This document shows positions 40,120 through 55,197 of a DNA stretch of 64,000 nt, one piece after another; positions within the stretch are counted from its first letter, which is position 1; every line of letters begins with the position of its first letter. A model generated the notes under the pieces. That model was not told the origin of the DNA. It was given only the letters and a program-made list of their open reading frames with translations, and made no database searches. This stretch comes from Octopus sinensis. Taxonomy: Eukaryota. Position numbers and translations under genes: made by a program. The DNA lies in the NCBI RefSeq assembly GCF_006345805.1, contig NC_042999.1:118668001-118732000 (forward strand), in the 5' to 3' direction.

Positions 40120-40370
40120 CATAGTCATCTTTTTAATGTTTGTTTTCCATGCTGTCATGGTCTAGACAGTTTGACAGTTGTTGGTAACCTGAAGGGCTGC
40201 ATCAGGTTCCAGTAATTTCTTTTGGTAAAGTTTCTACATCTGGATGCCCTTCTTAATGCCAACCACTTTACAGAGTGTACTGGGTGCTTTTTACATGCTG
40301 CTAGCATGAGTACTTTTATGTGATGCCAGCACAAGTGCTTTTTACATGGCACCAGCACCTATGAGGTTGT
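40120..40370 (-). mobile_element. Family D repeat
   Basis: TTTTCCATGCTG..ATGG, GGATGCCCTTCTTAATGCCAACCACTTTACAGAGTG as at 21370. Confidence 0.65.
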
Positions 40371-40789
40371 CAAAGGAGATACTTGGCTATCTCAGTAGGA
40401 CAAGGAAGTGGATGGAGGTGGGAGAAAGAGAGAAAGACAGAGACAGTTGTAGTGAGAGAAAGAGAGAGAGAGAGAGAGACGGAGAGGGAAAGAGGGAGAG
40501 AGAGGGTCTGCTCTCAAGGAAGAGTGGCTGGGTATAAGTAATGCAGAGGTGATAGATATGTTATAAGGAGAGATATATAGAGATAGCAAATAATGGTGAG
40601 AGGAACTAGGGGCATGCAGTGGGTGCTTGGGATTTTGGAGAGCTGGGTTGTGGTGAGTTTTGCCAGAGGACAGAATTATGTTTGTGTGTCCGTGTGTCAG
40701 GAGAAATGGGAGTTGTGGCTGTAAAGGATATTCCTGTATGTGTGGATGACCATGATTTTATTTAGCTTGGTATTTCTTCTGAAGCACAG

Positions 40790-41720
40790 CAAATCACTTG
40801 AAGTCTTGGTCCCTTGTCATCTCCTTTGTGAGGTTCAACCTCTGAAGATCATTTCTCTCCACTTCATTCCATTTTTTCCTGGGTCTACCCCTTCCACAGG
40901 TTTCCTCCAAAGTTAGAGGTCAGTATTTCTTTATGGAGCTGTTCTCATAGCTAGAGAGTTGCACTTATTTATGAAGCTGTCCTTCTTTGACAAGAAGAGT
41001 CGGACAAATGCTTCTCAGACATTTGAGGATACAGTAAAGCATGAACTGAAATGCTTGAGAAACTATCACCCAATCAATACCTGTCACCATTTGAAGAGGA
41101 ACTGTGTAAAATTATATAAATATAAAATTTAAGAAATATCCAAAATGGCATAACCAGTGCCAACAAAAGCTTAGAAAAAGAACACCAAGCAACTTAGTAC
41201 TGGTTGATAAAACTGTGATTTGTGTTGTTGATACCACACTCTTTAAAAAACTAATCACAAAGAACTTCATAGTAAATATAAACATGCACCTAGATATACA
41301 TGAACTAATACGAAATAGTAAAGGCTTTTAAGTAGTTTCTGGACTAGGAAAAGAAGATAAAACTGAACTATAAGTTCCCAGAAAATCTAGAATTAATTTT
41401 GACATTGACTCTACTGTTAGACTAATATGCCCCTCCAAATCAGATGTAGTTAGGATCACAAAAGATATTATTGATAGAATACTACTGAATCTTAGATCTA
41501 AGATTAAACATGCAGTATGATCAGATACACTAGGGATTATTGGATGGTTCAAAAGATTAGAGAGGAACGATAGTTGCAAATTCCTACAAGCTGATAAATC
41601 AAATTATTATTCTACTATTAATCCAGTACTACTTTATAAGGCTCTAATTTTTGCTATGTGCAATTCCAATTTATCTAGGTCAGATATAGCTATGATATCA
41701 GCTGATAAAGTTCAATAATA
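40790..41720 (-). mobile_element. Degenerate LINE (RTE-like) remnants
   Basis: GRGRPRKKW-like stretch at about 40870-40900 and RT-like SADIIAISDLDKL at about 41660-41710; heavily decayed. Confidence 0.4.
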
Positions 41721-41859
41721 AACTGTGGATGAGATCTGACAGGGTTGACTATCTCAACACAGCAATGGGATCAAGACACTCAGTGCAATCACTCATCAAA
41801 ATGTATACCCTGTTTCTGTCTCTCTGTCTCACTATAACTTTTCATCATCCAACACAAGA

Positions 41860-42215
41860 TCACCTCCTCCAATGCCACTTCCCCTCTCAAAAGAGTTTTT
41901 TTTTGTTTTGCAAGTACTTGATGACCCTGTCAGTGCAGGTGGCTCTTAAAAGCACACTGTAAAGTGGTTGGCATTTGGAAGGGCATCCAGCTGTAAAATC
42001 TTTGCCAAAACTGAACTTGCTCATGTTTGTGCCATGTAAAAAGCACTAAATCCACTCTACTGAGTGGTTGGTGTTAGGAAGGGCATCCAACTGTAATATT
42101 CCTGTCAAAACAGTTACAGAAGTCTGGTACAGGCTTCTACCTGGCCAGCTCTTGTCAAACCGTCCCACCCATGCCAGCATGGAAGACAGTCTTTAAATGA
42201 TGATGATGATGATAT
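41860..42215 (+). mobile_element. Family D repeat
   Basis: TGGTTGG..TTAGGAAGGGCATCC (twice) and CCCATGCCAGCATGGAAGAC..(ATG)n tail. Confidence 0.65.
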
Positions 42216-44653
42216 ATATATTACCACTTGGTTGACAACTGATGGAGAATTAAGGGACCTTCTGTATCTGTCTCCTGTCTGGTTGTACACTCAGTATACG
42301 TATATGTTTTTTTATCTGTCGTTGTTTATTTACAATGCAGATTTTTATTTATTAACTATGCAATGCACTCCCTACTTTTATGTATATATGTATATATATA
42401 TTTGTGTGTGTGTGTGTGTGTATACAAACACACATATATATACACATATATATTTATACACATACATACACAGACATAAATACACACACAGGCACAAACA
42501 CACACACACTCATATATGTATAGTCAACAGGTAAGATCTAGAGATACTCAATATATAGGAAACACATAGTAGTGCTCAGATGATTTAAATGTAAACTCCA
42601 GAGTCTTTATTGAGGAGTAGGTGTATTACTAGTACAGAAATGTCAAGATGATAGAGATGCTAGATTATCTCAGTTGTTTATATATACTAATGAGCTTTAT
42701 ATTAGTACCTATGAAATTCATTGATTGCTAGATTTACAACTATATCTGAAACCAGGTGATTACAACAATAATACCATCGTTAGTTTACTTTAATCCATTT
42801 TCAATTTGATTCTAATTTTCCTTTCTCATGCATGGCATGGGATGAACTTAATCTTCTTACATTACTTCCATCTCATATACTTTCCTTTTTTTTATGCCTA
42901 AATTTGCCAAGTATAGGAAGTATTCTGCTTTCTCAACTGAAAGAAATTGTTCCACTAAGCTTTCTGAACAATATAATTTAATACATTATACTCAACAATC
43001 TCGAAGACCATTTCTCAAACATTATGGACATTACTTCTTGCCTTTCAAACAAAGGCAATTAACTTCTCTAATTATTCTACTGATCAAATATCTTTACATG
43101 AAATACATCCCATGCAATAAATATTGAGGATAATCACCAACAGAAATTGAACTTGAATCTCATTTTATTCAGAAAATTACAGAATAAAAGAATAGAATCA
43201 ATCACCCTTGACTACCACTCAAATGTTATATCACAATGAACCCCAGCTCAAAAGATAATCTAGTGAAAGTAATATTTTCTTCACATGACTCTGAAAAGCT
43301 TTGATGAAATTTAACATGATAATTTCCTAACTACAAGGAAAGGCCTCAATGTAACCTACTGGAATGAGATATTTAAAAATAATATCATTAACTGATTGAC
43401 ACCTTTCATCCCAAGTTTTCCTAAATCACTATTCTATCTGCAAAATGTTTTCAATATATTCCTTCCAATATGACAGAAATTAGTTCTGCTTCATTAAATT
43501 TGCTAAATATTTTGAAGGTTTTGCTTGGAAATTATTGTCATATTGCTAATGAAGAATGAATGAACTGGTTGAGAATATGATGGGCTGTGATGTGGCTTTT
43601 GCCAGTATGAGGATGTTATACATAAATAAATGGAAGAAAAGAATGTTGAAAGTCAGTTTTGATAAGTGAAAAACCCAGCTGGTATAATAATTACAAATAG
43701 AAGTTTAAGTGATTCAAAATTATGAAGTATTTCATTATAGGTATTAAAAGTGTAAGAGCTATAAAAGCATGATTAAGCTTTTGGCCTATTATAATGTATA
43801 TCATAATGTATATCACTTAAGAGAGTAAATCAAGAAATGGGTCTAGAGCTTTTACTGATATCAGTACGAATGACAATCATTGTTGATTGGATACTTGCTT
43901 ACATTTAAAATGTCATGCCACCTTATATGGAATTATTTCTTTTCCTTCTTTCTCTCATTGTTTACTACTTGTACAACTGTTACTTCACCTCCTATACAAC
44001 TATAACTAATAATTTGTCAACTCTGTCATTGCTTTCCACTATTACTACTTCTCTGACTTATTCTCTGCCTTTTCCTTTCCCTCCTATTATTTCTACTACT
44101 TTCACCACAACCTATTCTTTGGATGCAATGTTTCCATTTGAAAGTAATGCTTGGAATATGATGAATATCCACACTGAGTGGTGAGCCTTGTAGCAATCTG
44201 CAAGACATAGCAGTGGGTCTTTTGTTCTCCTTATTCCAAATTATAGCTCCTAGCGAAAACCACATCCATATAAGGAAGCAACAGACATAGTAGCTTTGTA
44301 TATACACATATTGATACTCTGTCCATACACACACACAACTCACATACACAACTCACATAGAGAAAGAGAGAGACATAAAGAGAGAGAAAGAGAAGATACA
44401 TGGCAGAAAATGTATAGTAAAATTTAAAAAAAACAATATCACTCAGGGAGTGTATTCAATGAAAATTAACATGCAAACTGGAGAGAAATGGAAAAAGATC
44501 AAATATTTGGGATTATGGCTTTTATGAAAGAAAAATAAAAGAAGCGGGGAAAGAAATGGAAATAATATCAGATTACTAACGTCTGTTTACATCGAAGGCA
44601 TGGTAGTAAAAGCTTGTTTGTTTCCTATGGTTCTATTTCTGTTGTTACATTAA

Positions 44654-46089
44654 CAGGGTGCTCTTGCTAAATTTGATAGCTTGCATAAAAGGAAAAAAAC
44701 AACAACACGATATCCTATTCAAAAATAAAATTTAAAAAAAAGCAAAAATTATCAAATATATTATAACTCAGAGATAAAAGTTTACTCAAAGTAGCCACCT
44801 TTGGCTTCTACCATGGGTTCAAAATAGCTCCAGAAACTGGTGAATGCATTTTCCTTTGTCACTGAGTAGATCTTCAAACACCTCCTTGATCTTAGCCACC
44901 AGTTTGACCTTAGTGTTGCTCACAGAACTGTTAGAGTCTTTCTCAACCACACTCCAGTCATATTCCTCAATGGGATTACAATTGGGAAAATAAGTTATAA
45001 AAATTCTCCAGCAATCACGTTTCACTTTTTCTGGAGGTATGGCAAGGAGCTGAATCCTGCTACTACACATCTGGCCTTCCAGCAAATAACCCTCTCCAAC
45101 TAAGCTTTGATCACAGTCTCCAGCAGCTCCACATATCTGTCTGAATTAAGCCTAAGGCCCTTCTCAAAGATATGGGGTGGCATGATATCTCTCTCACTGG
45201 AGATATACCCAAAGACCATTACAATTTGTAGGGAATTTAGTTTTTATGATACACAAAACATCACAGATTGTTGGCAAGCTTTTACAGTGGTCACAGATCA
45301 TTGAGTAGCAGTCATGATGTTGGCATTTTGATACCTGGTGTAGCCCATCATGATACAGTTACCTTGTTTGCAATATTCAGATTTCTTCAAGTCCTCCATG
45401 TCAGCTCAGTTTTTCTCAACTGCAACTTTAATCTTTATGCTCTCCAATGCCATTGACTAGTGGAGGCACATGGCCTGAGCAGTGGTCGAGGGATCGTGAG
45501 TTTGAATCTCAGACCGGGCGATGCGTATGTTTATGAGCGAAACGCCTAAGCTCCATGCGGCTCCAGCAGAAGGTAATGGCGAACTTCTGCTGACTCTTTC
45601 ACCACAACTTTCTCTCACTCTTTCCTCCTGCATCTTGCAGCTCACCTGCGATGGACTGGCGTCCCATCCAGGTGGGAAACCTATACGCCAAAGAAACTGG
45701 GAAACCGGCCCCTATGAGTAAGGCATGGCTCAAGAAGGTACAAAAGAAAAAAAAAAATGCCATTGCCTGTTCACTCAACAAATCAAGCTGTTCCTGAGAA
45801 AAAAGGAGACACAAGAAAATTACTGCAAAGCTCCATGATAGTGTTGTCAGACATGGCATGCAGACCATCATATAACTTGTTTTATTCTTCTCTTCCATTT
45901 TATTTTGACATGTACATTGTATTTTTATTTTTCTTCCATTTTACGAATTCAGTATGCACATGTGCATTGCATGCAAGTACTTCTTTATATCAAAACTGTT
46001 TACAGATCACACAAACCTGCATTCATGAGGAGTGCTTCGTGCTCCAATGGTTGCGAAAGAAAATCAACAGATATAACCCAAATACCCTG
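44654..46089 (-). mobile_element. Degenerate Tc1/maT-like DNA transposon, split by a SINE
   Basis: CAGGGTG ... TACCCTG termini, TA at the right flank; minus-strand QDSA..HTS and PNCNPIEEYDWSVVE remnants. Confidence 0.7.
45456..45755 (+). mobile_element. SINE family B (core resembles MetaSINE/V-type domain)
   Basis: 10-bp TSD AATGCCATTG (45446-55, 45756-65); tRNA head; CTGCGATGGACTGGCGTCCCATCCAGG core; A-rich tail. Confidence 0.85.
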
Positions 46090-46351
46090 TAGATTGCATT
46101 AGGCTGATTGTATAGACTAAGGGTGGTATAGGGTGCCCTGAATTTGCACCACAGGCCAGTGACTCAATGTAGGTTACAAGCACTCAAGGTAATATTGCTT
46201 CAATTGTAGGGGTAGACATCTCCATCGGGTTGAGTCTATAAACCAGAAAGCAATAGACACACATACATATAAGCATGATAGTCTATATCTTTTTGTGTCT
46301 TGGCAGGGACATTATGCAAATTCATGTGTTTCAACATTCACACACACACAC

Positions 46352-46875
46352 AGATGCAGGTGTGGCTGTTGGGTAAGACGCTTGCTTCTCAACTACGTGG
46401 TTCTGGGTTCAGTCCCACTGCATGGCACTTTGGACAAGTGGCTTCTACTATAGCCTCAGGCTGGATTTGATAGACAGAAACTGAAAGGAGCTCCTCATAT
46501 ATATACATACACACACACACCACACACATACACACACACACACCACACACACACACACCACACACATACACACACACCACACACACACACACACACATAT
46601 GTATGTATGTATGTATTTATTTATGTATGTATGTATGTATGTATTACTACATCTATGTGTGTATGTCTTTGTGTTTGTTTCCCTATCACGACTTGACAAC
46701 AGGTGTTGATATGTTTACGTCCCTGTAACTTAGCAGTTTGCCAGAAGAGACCAATAGAATTAAATACTAGGTTTAAAAAATAACAAAGTCCTGGAGTCAA
46801 TTTGTTCAACTAAAAACCATTCAAAGCATTGCTCCAGCATGGCTGCAGTCACATGACTGAAACAAGTAAAAGAAT
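46352..46875 (+). mobile_element. SINE family A with expanded (CA)n/(TATG)n
   Basis: Head and tail match 25236-25640. Confidence 0.8.
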
Positions 46876-47377
46876 ATATATGGAGCGACAAAGAAAGAGA
46901 GAGAGATTACAATATATATAGTATAGTGACTAAGATAAAGTTATATAAATATGTATATGTGTGTGAAAAGAGAGTATATTAAATATCATCATCATTGTAA
47001 GTATTAATAATATTCATTTTTGGTTGCTTGGTCACATAAATATGCTATTTCATTTGAAATTAATCAATATGTTTCAGCTGTAATTAATTGATAGGTAAAC
47101 ACTCTTATTGTTATTGATAACATAAATTTGCTTTAATTTTCTTTTAATTCAATAAACATTTATATTTTGAAAATTACATTCTTTTTATTACTTTATATTT
47201 GCATCATGAAATTTGAAAAAAGGTTAATTTAAAGTTATTACACCAATAATTAATTTCTCACAATGACAAAAGTATATTTTTGTCATGCTGATGGGTAACA
47301 ATGTAATATAATAGAAATTCCTGAAAGGAAAATATTTTAAATTTTGTGTCTGCAGATCATTATTAGTTATCTACAAA

Positions 47378-47590
47378 GGTGATGAGCTGGCAGAATCTTC
47401 ATTGTACTGGACAGAATACTCAGCAGCATTTCATTGGTCTTCATGTTCTGAGTTCAAATGTCACCAATGTTAACTTCACCTGCCATCCTTTCGAGGTTGA
47501 TAAAATGATTACGGGGTCGATGTAGTCGATTTGACCCCCCCCCCACCCTTCCACAAAATTTCTGGCCTTGTGTCTAATGTAAAAAAGATT
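47378..47590 (+). mobile_element. SINE family C
   Basis: AAGGTGATGAGCTGGCAGAA head; GTTCTGAGTTCAAAT B box. Confidence 0.75.
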
Positions 47591-47914
47591 ATTTGTTATC
47601 TGCATCAAATTAAAAATTGTAGAACTGGTGGTTAGCAAACATCTAAATAAGAATCAGTGAAGTGATAGTGTCAGTAATATTTCAAGCAGATAGCAATTAA
47701 AAAGTTTCATGAATATTTAATAGACTTGAAAACTGCTTAACAGCTCTTTAGATAAATTATGAATGATTTAACATTCATATATTTTTGAAACATATCTTCA
47801 ACCCTGATGTGTAAATGGATCTTTTTGTTTAACCATGGTGGCTCTCTAGGAAGAATCTGAGAACAGCTCTGTTAGTTTAGACTTGCTGTTGACATTGTAT
47901 CCAGGGTGCCTACT

Positions 47915-48430
47915 GAATGTCATCATCGTCATCATTATCCTTCTCATCATCTTCTAACATCTGTTTTCCATGCTGGCATGGGTTAGACACTTTGACTGGA
48001 ACAGGTAAGCTGAAGAGCTGCACCAAGTTCCAGTTTGATCAGGCGTGGTTCCTATGGCTGGATACCCTTCTAAATGCCAACCACTTCAGGAGTGTAATGG
48101 GTACTTTTTACATGCCACCAGCAAGGGTGCTTTTACATACCACCAGCTACAGTTACATGTGCCAGTTACATGACACCAACATCGACCATGACTATGATTT
48201 CACTGGCTTGACGAGTCTTCTCGAGTACAGCATATCTCCAAAGGTTTCAGTCACTTGTCATTGCCTCTGTAAAGCCCAATGTTTGAAGATCATGCTTCAC
48301 TACCTTGTCCCATGTCTTCTTGGGTCTACTTCCTACCCAGGTTCCCTTCACAGTTAGAGATCAGTGCTTCTGTACACAGTTGTCCTCATCCATATGCAAC
48401 ACATGACTATACCAGTTGACACATATGAAA
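47915..48430 (-). mobile_element. RTE LINE 3' end contiguous with the family D tail
   Basis: Minus-strand WYSHVLHMDED..LTVKGTWVGSRPKKTWDKVVKHDLQTLG remnant, followed by D tail and (ATG)n. Confidence 0.65.
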
Positions 48431-49119
48431 TTTTTCTCAATTACCTACTCATGTGGTAATATACTAGTAAGTTTATTTCCTTGGAAAACTTTTAAGCCTA
48501 CTATTTTAACTTACATATGATACAGGATCTAAAATGATCATCAGCATTTTAACATCCATTTTCTATACTCACATGGGTCAAACAAGGTTTCCTTGAGGCA
48601 GATTTTCTACAGCTTGATGCTCTTCCTGTCACTAACTAACCTTTATTTGTTTCCAAGCAAGTTGATTTCTTCCCATTACCGGACATGTGTTCATATAAAA
48701 GATTTGAAGTAAATGACATTGCTTGTGTGGCAGTGATACTCATTTACATCTAACAATTGACGACAAGTTTGGGAGGCACAAACACACAAGCATGCACATA
48801 CACACACATATATATACATATACATACGCACATACATACATGCATACATACATACATACATACATAAATACATACATACATACATACATACATGATAGCT
48901 GCCCCTTCGTTATCGAGTATGGCCATTGCATGAAGCTTAACTGTTACTGGTGCTGTGATCGAAAGTGACTTTTTAGCCCAGCTAAAGATCTACAATGTCT
49001 TGTACAGAATAAGCAGCTAAAACATTTACCGGTAATAGCCGGCTGTAGTTGTAACCGGGCTTCATGTACCTTTGCATGTCGTTTAAGTCCCCCTGCTGAA
49101 TTACACTCTCTTCCACATG

Positions 49120-49161
49120 CCTATACATACATACATGCATGCATGCATGCAAGCATCCATC

Positions 49162-49193
<32 letters not shown>

Positions 49194-49466
49194 CATACAT
49201 ATATATATACATATATATATATATACATATGTATGTATATATGTATATATATATATGTATATATGTATATATATATGTATATATATATTATATATATGTA
49301 TATAGTATATATATATATATATGTATATATGTATATATATATGTTATATGTATATATGTATATATATATATATGTATATATGTATATATATCTATATATA
49401 TATATATATATATATGTATATAGTATATATATATATATATATATATGTATATGTATATATATCTAT

Positions 49467-49509
<43 letters not shown>

Positions 49510-49514
49510 ATATA

Positions 49515-49567
<53 letters not shown>

Positions 49568-49611
49568 ATATATATATGTATATATATATATGTATATATA
49601 TATATATTATG

Positions 49612-49683
<72 letters not shown>

Positions 49684-49685
49684 CA
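49120..49685. repeat. Long compound (TACA)n/(TA)n microsatellite
   Basis: Seen directly; source of the Y/I-rich spurious ORFs. Confidence 0.95.
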
Positions 49686-49687
49686 TT

Positions 49688-49904
49688 CATATAAGGAGTT
49701 GCTGAAAAGTTTCTGGCTTGGATAACAGAAAATACAAGAAGATTAATTAATTATGATTTTATTCAACATTTGTCTCCTTAGATTCACTCACTTAAAGCAG
49801 CAGTTCTTCAGTTTTCTAAGCCCTGTAAAAGAACTCACAAGTTTGGGGCTCCAACCAGGAATTTTGTAATACCCTTAAAGCCAGGAACTTTTCAGAACCC
49901 CCTC

Positions 49905-49907
<3 letters not shown>
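49688..49907. mobile_element. Mariner-derived MITE
   Basis: TIR GCTGAAAAGTTTCTGGCTT / AAGCCAGGAACTTTTCAG with TA flanks. Confidence 0.7.
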
Positions 49908-49939
<32 letters not shown>

Positions 49940-51057
49940 TTTATTTATTTATATATATACATACATACATACACATAGAGACTTCTTTCTGTTTCCATCC
50001 ACCAAGTCTATTGAGAAAGCTTTTGGATAACTTAACAGAAAATTCAAAGCCACTTTTGGTCCCAAAACTATGTGGTTGGGAAGCAAACTACATGACCACA
50101 ACCTCTTTGTATGAAATTTTAATATCAATTTTTCCTAAATCTCCATTTCATTACATAAATTTCATTTTGCTATACAATTTATATGCTTTTTGGTAATAAA
50201 AAAAAGCGTTATAGTTAATCAGAGATAATTTGAAAAAAATTGTCTGTTGCAGAATGTTTCATATTAAACACCAAAATGTTAATCCTTGAGGGTTTTTCAA
50301 TTTTACTTCCTAATTTTAATTTCCTTGTTTCAATTTTTTTACATAAAAATTGAAGTGATTTGCATTTGTAAACTTGAGTATAATAATATTGTTAAACTTC
50401 GACATAAAAATGATCTTATCAGATGAAATCATACTGCCATTCTGCATATTTTAGTACTAGTATTAACTTGTATAGCACAGTAGTAAAATTTTATTTTTAC
50501 CTTTTAAACAAAACCAAATTTCCTTAAATAATTTTTTCTGGGTTGTTATTTGAGAAGTGAACAATTTTATAACTCGCTTCTTTTAGATGGAAATTTCTTT
50601 TCTTTCTCTTTAATTTCATTAATTCTATTTTACATTGAAGTTATTCTATTTTGAATTCTCTCTTTGATTTTAATCAAATTTTAAGGAAATTCCCTTATTT
50701 AAATTATTTTTAATATATTTTGCCTTGATGTGTTTCAAAACTAGCTATTTATTAGATTTTATTTCTCTTCAACTTTCTCTCTTCTTCTCTCCATCTAAGA
50801 TCTTGTTATATTTTCTTCTGAAAATGCCCTTAGTTATTTCTTCAGGTGAAAAAGAAATACAAAGAAATAAAAAAATATATATTGCGTGATTGCTGTCAGT
50901 ATTGTTAATGCCAAGTTGGATATTTCTATGCTTAGATACAATAAGATGATATGAAAGGATACATCAGGCTAGTTTATCCTATTTGGGTCAGTTACGTAAA
51001 TCATAGAATTCTAAATAAAGTCCAGTCTACTTTATTTTCAAATTATATTTTGCTTCA

Positions 51058-51465
51058 AGCAGGTGCAAGTGTGGCTGTGTGGTAAGAAGCTTTCCTCAGA
51101 AACCACATGGTTCAGGATTTGGGTACCACAGTGTAGCATCTTGGGCAAGTGTCTTCTACTATAGCATTGGGCTGACTAAAGCCTTGTAAGTGGATTTGAT
51201 AGATGCAAATTGAAAGAAGCCCATCATACGTGTGTGTGTGTGTGTGCATCTTTGTGTCTGTGCATGTCCTGCACCACCACTTGACAACAGGTTTTGGAGT
51301 GTTTACATCCCCATAACTTAGTAGTTCAGCAAAAAAGAAACCGATAGAATAACGACCAGGCTTAACACAAAGTAAGTACTGGGGTTGATTAGTTCAACTA
51401 AACCTTTCAAGATAGTGCCCCAGCATGGCCGCAATATAATGAATGAAACAAATTAAAGATAGACA
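51058..51465 (+). mobile_element. SINE family A
   Basis: AGGTGCAAGTGTGGCTGTGTGGTAAGAAGC head; CAGCATGGCCGCA..TGAAACAA tail. Confidence 0.8.
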
Positions 51466-52689
51466 ATAAAAGCATTTTATCAGCCATTTTCCAACTCAGA
51501 TTTTTACATTCATATTGTTAACACATCTAAAGGACATGGGTGAATGAGACGCAAATGCATAATGGACTTGAAACCCATATATAGAATATGAAAATATGTT
51601 AATTTATTACAATAACACTTTGCTAAATTGTGTTACAAAGAAAAAAAGGCAAGGTATATATTCATCTTTTGAACGAGATGCCTTTGAACATAGGCTTTTC
51701 TTGTCTCAATGACATTAATCTAGCTGTGTATCATTGAAGCAGACTTCAAATAATTATGAATTATTATTTTAATTTTTCAAATTTCTTTTCAAGAATCAAC
51801 AAAGATTCATTAGCTTTATTTCTTGAATTCCACCAAAATTAAAGAAAATCTGAATTTTGTATTATATACAGAAACAAATATTGGATATGAAATAAATTAC
51901 ATCATTCTCTCTTTAATATTTCTAGTTATTAATTCTAATATTTTAATATGAAGGGAACTGAAAATAAACTATACAATAGAAAACCAACTTCAATGAATTA
52001 CTGTATTTAGTTTTGACTTTGTAGTTTCTGAATTCAAATCCTGTTGAGATTGGTTTTGCCTTTTGTTGAAGGCCTTCAATGACTAATTCTCCTTTCCTGA
52101 GCCAGAAACTTTATCTCTGAAAAGCTACTTATGCTGCATATGAAACAGCTGCACTTCATACTAGAGTACTATGTATATATTTCAAGTTAACGAAATAGTC
52201 TCTATGTGGTTTCTCAGCCCACAACAAATAAGAGGGCTGATTGGGGTTTTAAACAATGTTGATTTTGATATTTGTGAGGAAGCGTCTGTTGCATATTAAC
52301 ATTCTGTTCCAGTAATGACTTGAGAGGGTGTTGTCCGAGGTATTTACTACAGGACTCAGCACTATTTAAAAATATGAAAGTACCAAATTAGAGGGAGCTA
52401 AGCCTTATATTACAAGTACAAGGTATAGTTGTGTGTGGGTAACATTAAATTACGCTGTGCAACAAAACTGTGTTTGTCTTTAGTCAGTAAGTGTCATTTC
52501 TTATATACTTTTATCTAGAAATCAAAGGAAATGACTATTATTCCCTTCAAACTTTGCTTTTGTGACCTTGACATCAATGTTTTGAAATTGACCTGTATTC
52601 CATTACATTTCAGACAGATTCAGTACTGAGTTGTTGAAACAGAAATATCATTGTAGCAAATACTCTGCTCAATAACACAAATTTGCTTG

Positions 52690-53189
52690 TCAATTGCTTG
52701 ACCATAACCACTTGAGCATGTCCCTTCGTAGCTGACAATATGCACACCTCTGATCATGAGTAGGAATAGTTGAGAGGGATTCTTTGAGGTTTGAATAAAT
52801 ATGATAACAAAAGCAAAGTTTAGCTATTTTCATATTTTCTAGGGGTAAGAAAACAAGAAATAACAGTTGCTAGCCAAGGACAAAACTCGTGTTATAGTGT
52901 TATCTAATACACATATCAATGAAAACAGCCTTCCACATTCAGTCAGTTTTATGATCCACATTTCTAAGCTTGCTTGAGTCAGAAGAAATTTTTAGAGGCA
53001 GATTTATATGGCTGGATACCCTTCCTGTCACCAAACCCCACTTGTTTCCATGTAAGGTAACATTTCCCCATGACTGGACATATTTAAACAGACAACAGGA
53101 AATAAAGATCACCATTTTTATGATAATGCCACTTGTTTAACAACTGTCATGCAATGTCAAAACAAAGTGGGATGGACACACATGCACAT

Positions 53190-53233
<44 letters not shown>

Positions 53234-54005
53234 AAGGCTTCTCCCAGCTTCAGTCTACCAAATCCAGGACAGTTGTAGAAGACATTTGCCTAAGGTACCA
53301 TGCTGTGAGCATGAACCTGAAATGATTGAGAAGTGAATTTCTTAACCAAATAGCTATTAGCAAGTGCAGTGGTGGGGGGTAACATGGTTAATTTGGCTAT
53401 CCCTCACCAATGTTCTAGATAACATAGAGAAGAAAATGTCATCCTGTTCACTATCAAAATAAAATCATTAGCAAACAGTTGCTAACCTAAACCTCTCTCT
53501 CCTTCCTCTGGTTCTTCTATTAATACTACAAGCTTTACTGCACTTATGAATTTGCAAGTTATTATGTACTATTTTCAGTAAACATATATGCTTCACTAAC
53601 TTCATTCGTGATTGCTAGAAAGTCATTCACCTCCATTACTAAATTTGTTACTTTTCATCACTTTGTTCAAACAATTATTATCTGAACTATGGTTCTCTAG
53701 GAACAACCAATAATGTTTCTTGGCTCCAAGCAGAGGTTTTGCTAAATATTTACTACTTTACTCTCACACGTTTGAGAGGATCTGCAAAAGTATGAGTAAC
53801 GTACTTCCAACTTAGATCTAAATAATAAAAAATAATACTCAAGTTAATGAGTTTTTATGCAGCCACTCAGCTTAATAAAAATTAGTTTGTCAGTTGCTTA
53901 ACCATAACCGCTTGAGCATGTCCCTTAGTAGCTGACAATATGTGCATCATTGATCATGAACAGGAGTAGTTGGGGACTATGATAGCCACATGTTGAGAGG
54001 GGTTT
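52690..54005. repeat. Two copies of an interspersed repeat (about 52690-52800 and 53890-54005)
   Basis: Shared ACCATAACC.CTTGAGCATGTCCCTT.GTAGCTGACAATATG. Confidence 0.6.
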
Positions 54006-54484
54006 CATTAGGGTTTGAATAAAGGTCCCTCAATTCAAACTTGGACCCCTTTAAACTAAGAAGGTTACGCTAGAGAAAGTAGTAGGTGATTGTTATGGAT
54101 AGAGTGTCTTGTTCACTGGTTTGCTCAGTCAGAACTGGTCAACGGCTAAACAACAACACCATAGAATTTACTAAGGATTGTATAAAACTGGCTGCCTTTT
54201 CAAATAAACTTACTGGAAACTATATATGAACAAAGACACTGAATACAAGATATTCTCAACTATACACATTCGTAAGCAGATGATATGTGTATGGTGTAGT
54301 GTGGTGGTGGTGGTGGTGTGTGTGTGTATCTATCTACCTCTCTCTCTTTTTCTCTTTCTGTCACTATACATTATTTATATATGTATGTATACACACACAC
54401 ACACACACATACACATAAATATAAGTATGTAGATAGATATATAAATACCTTAATATACATATCTTAACATATGTGTATATTTTA

Positions 54485-54549
<65 letters not shown>

Positions 54550-55197
54550 ATCAGTCCAATCATATGATGACTATAAATGACTATAAATGTCACAACAAAT
54601 TAGTTATCAGAAACACAGCATCTCCAGACAGTCTTGTTTATAAATAGATATCTGTAAGCCTTAGTGTTAATAATTTTATGATCATTTTTCACTTCATTTT
54701 CATTCTATCTTTGATATGAAGCTGATAGTTCTTTCTCTTACATTTAGAATTTGAAAACAGAAAGTACAATATTTACCAACATGAATGATGCTTTCTCATT
54801 TGTTGTGCATGGTTCACACAATATGTTATCCATGCTGAGAAGCACAACTTTCTTCAGGATAATGATATATTATACGTTTTATGACCATACAACTTGTCAG
54901 TTTAAGCACTATCGTTTATGTTTTACTTGTTTCAGTCATTAGACTGTGACCATGCTGGGGCAGTGTTAAGGCACTGCCCCAGCATGGCCACAGAAATTTT
55001 AGTCGAATGAATTGACTACAGTACTTTATTTTGTTATGCCTGCCAGTTTCTTTTGCGAAATCACACCAACATTGCTTGTTAAGTGGTGGTGTGAGACAAA
55101 CACACACACACACACAGATATATATAATATATATTGATAAAAATGGCAAAACAACAAAAGGATGAAAGAGACCTCGATATTATGTAAATAGAGAAAT

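Noticed and set aside
49117-49725. Long Y/I/C/V-rich ORFs here and at many other microsatellites
   Set aside because: Translations of (TA)n, (CA)n and (TACA)n repeats; no splice or domain support.
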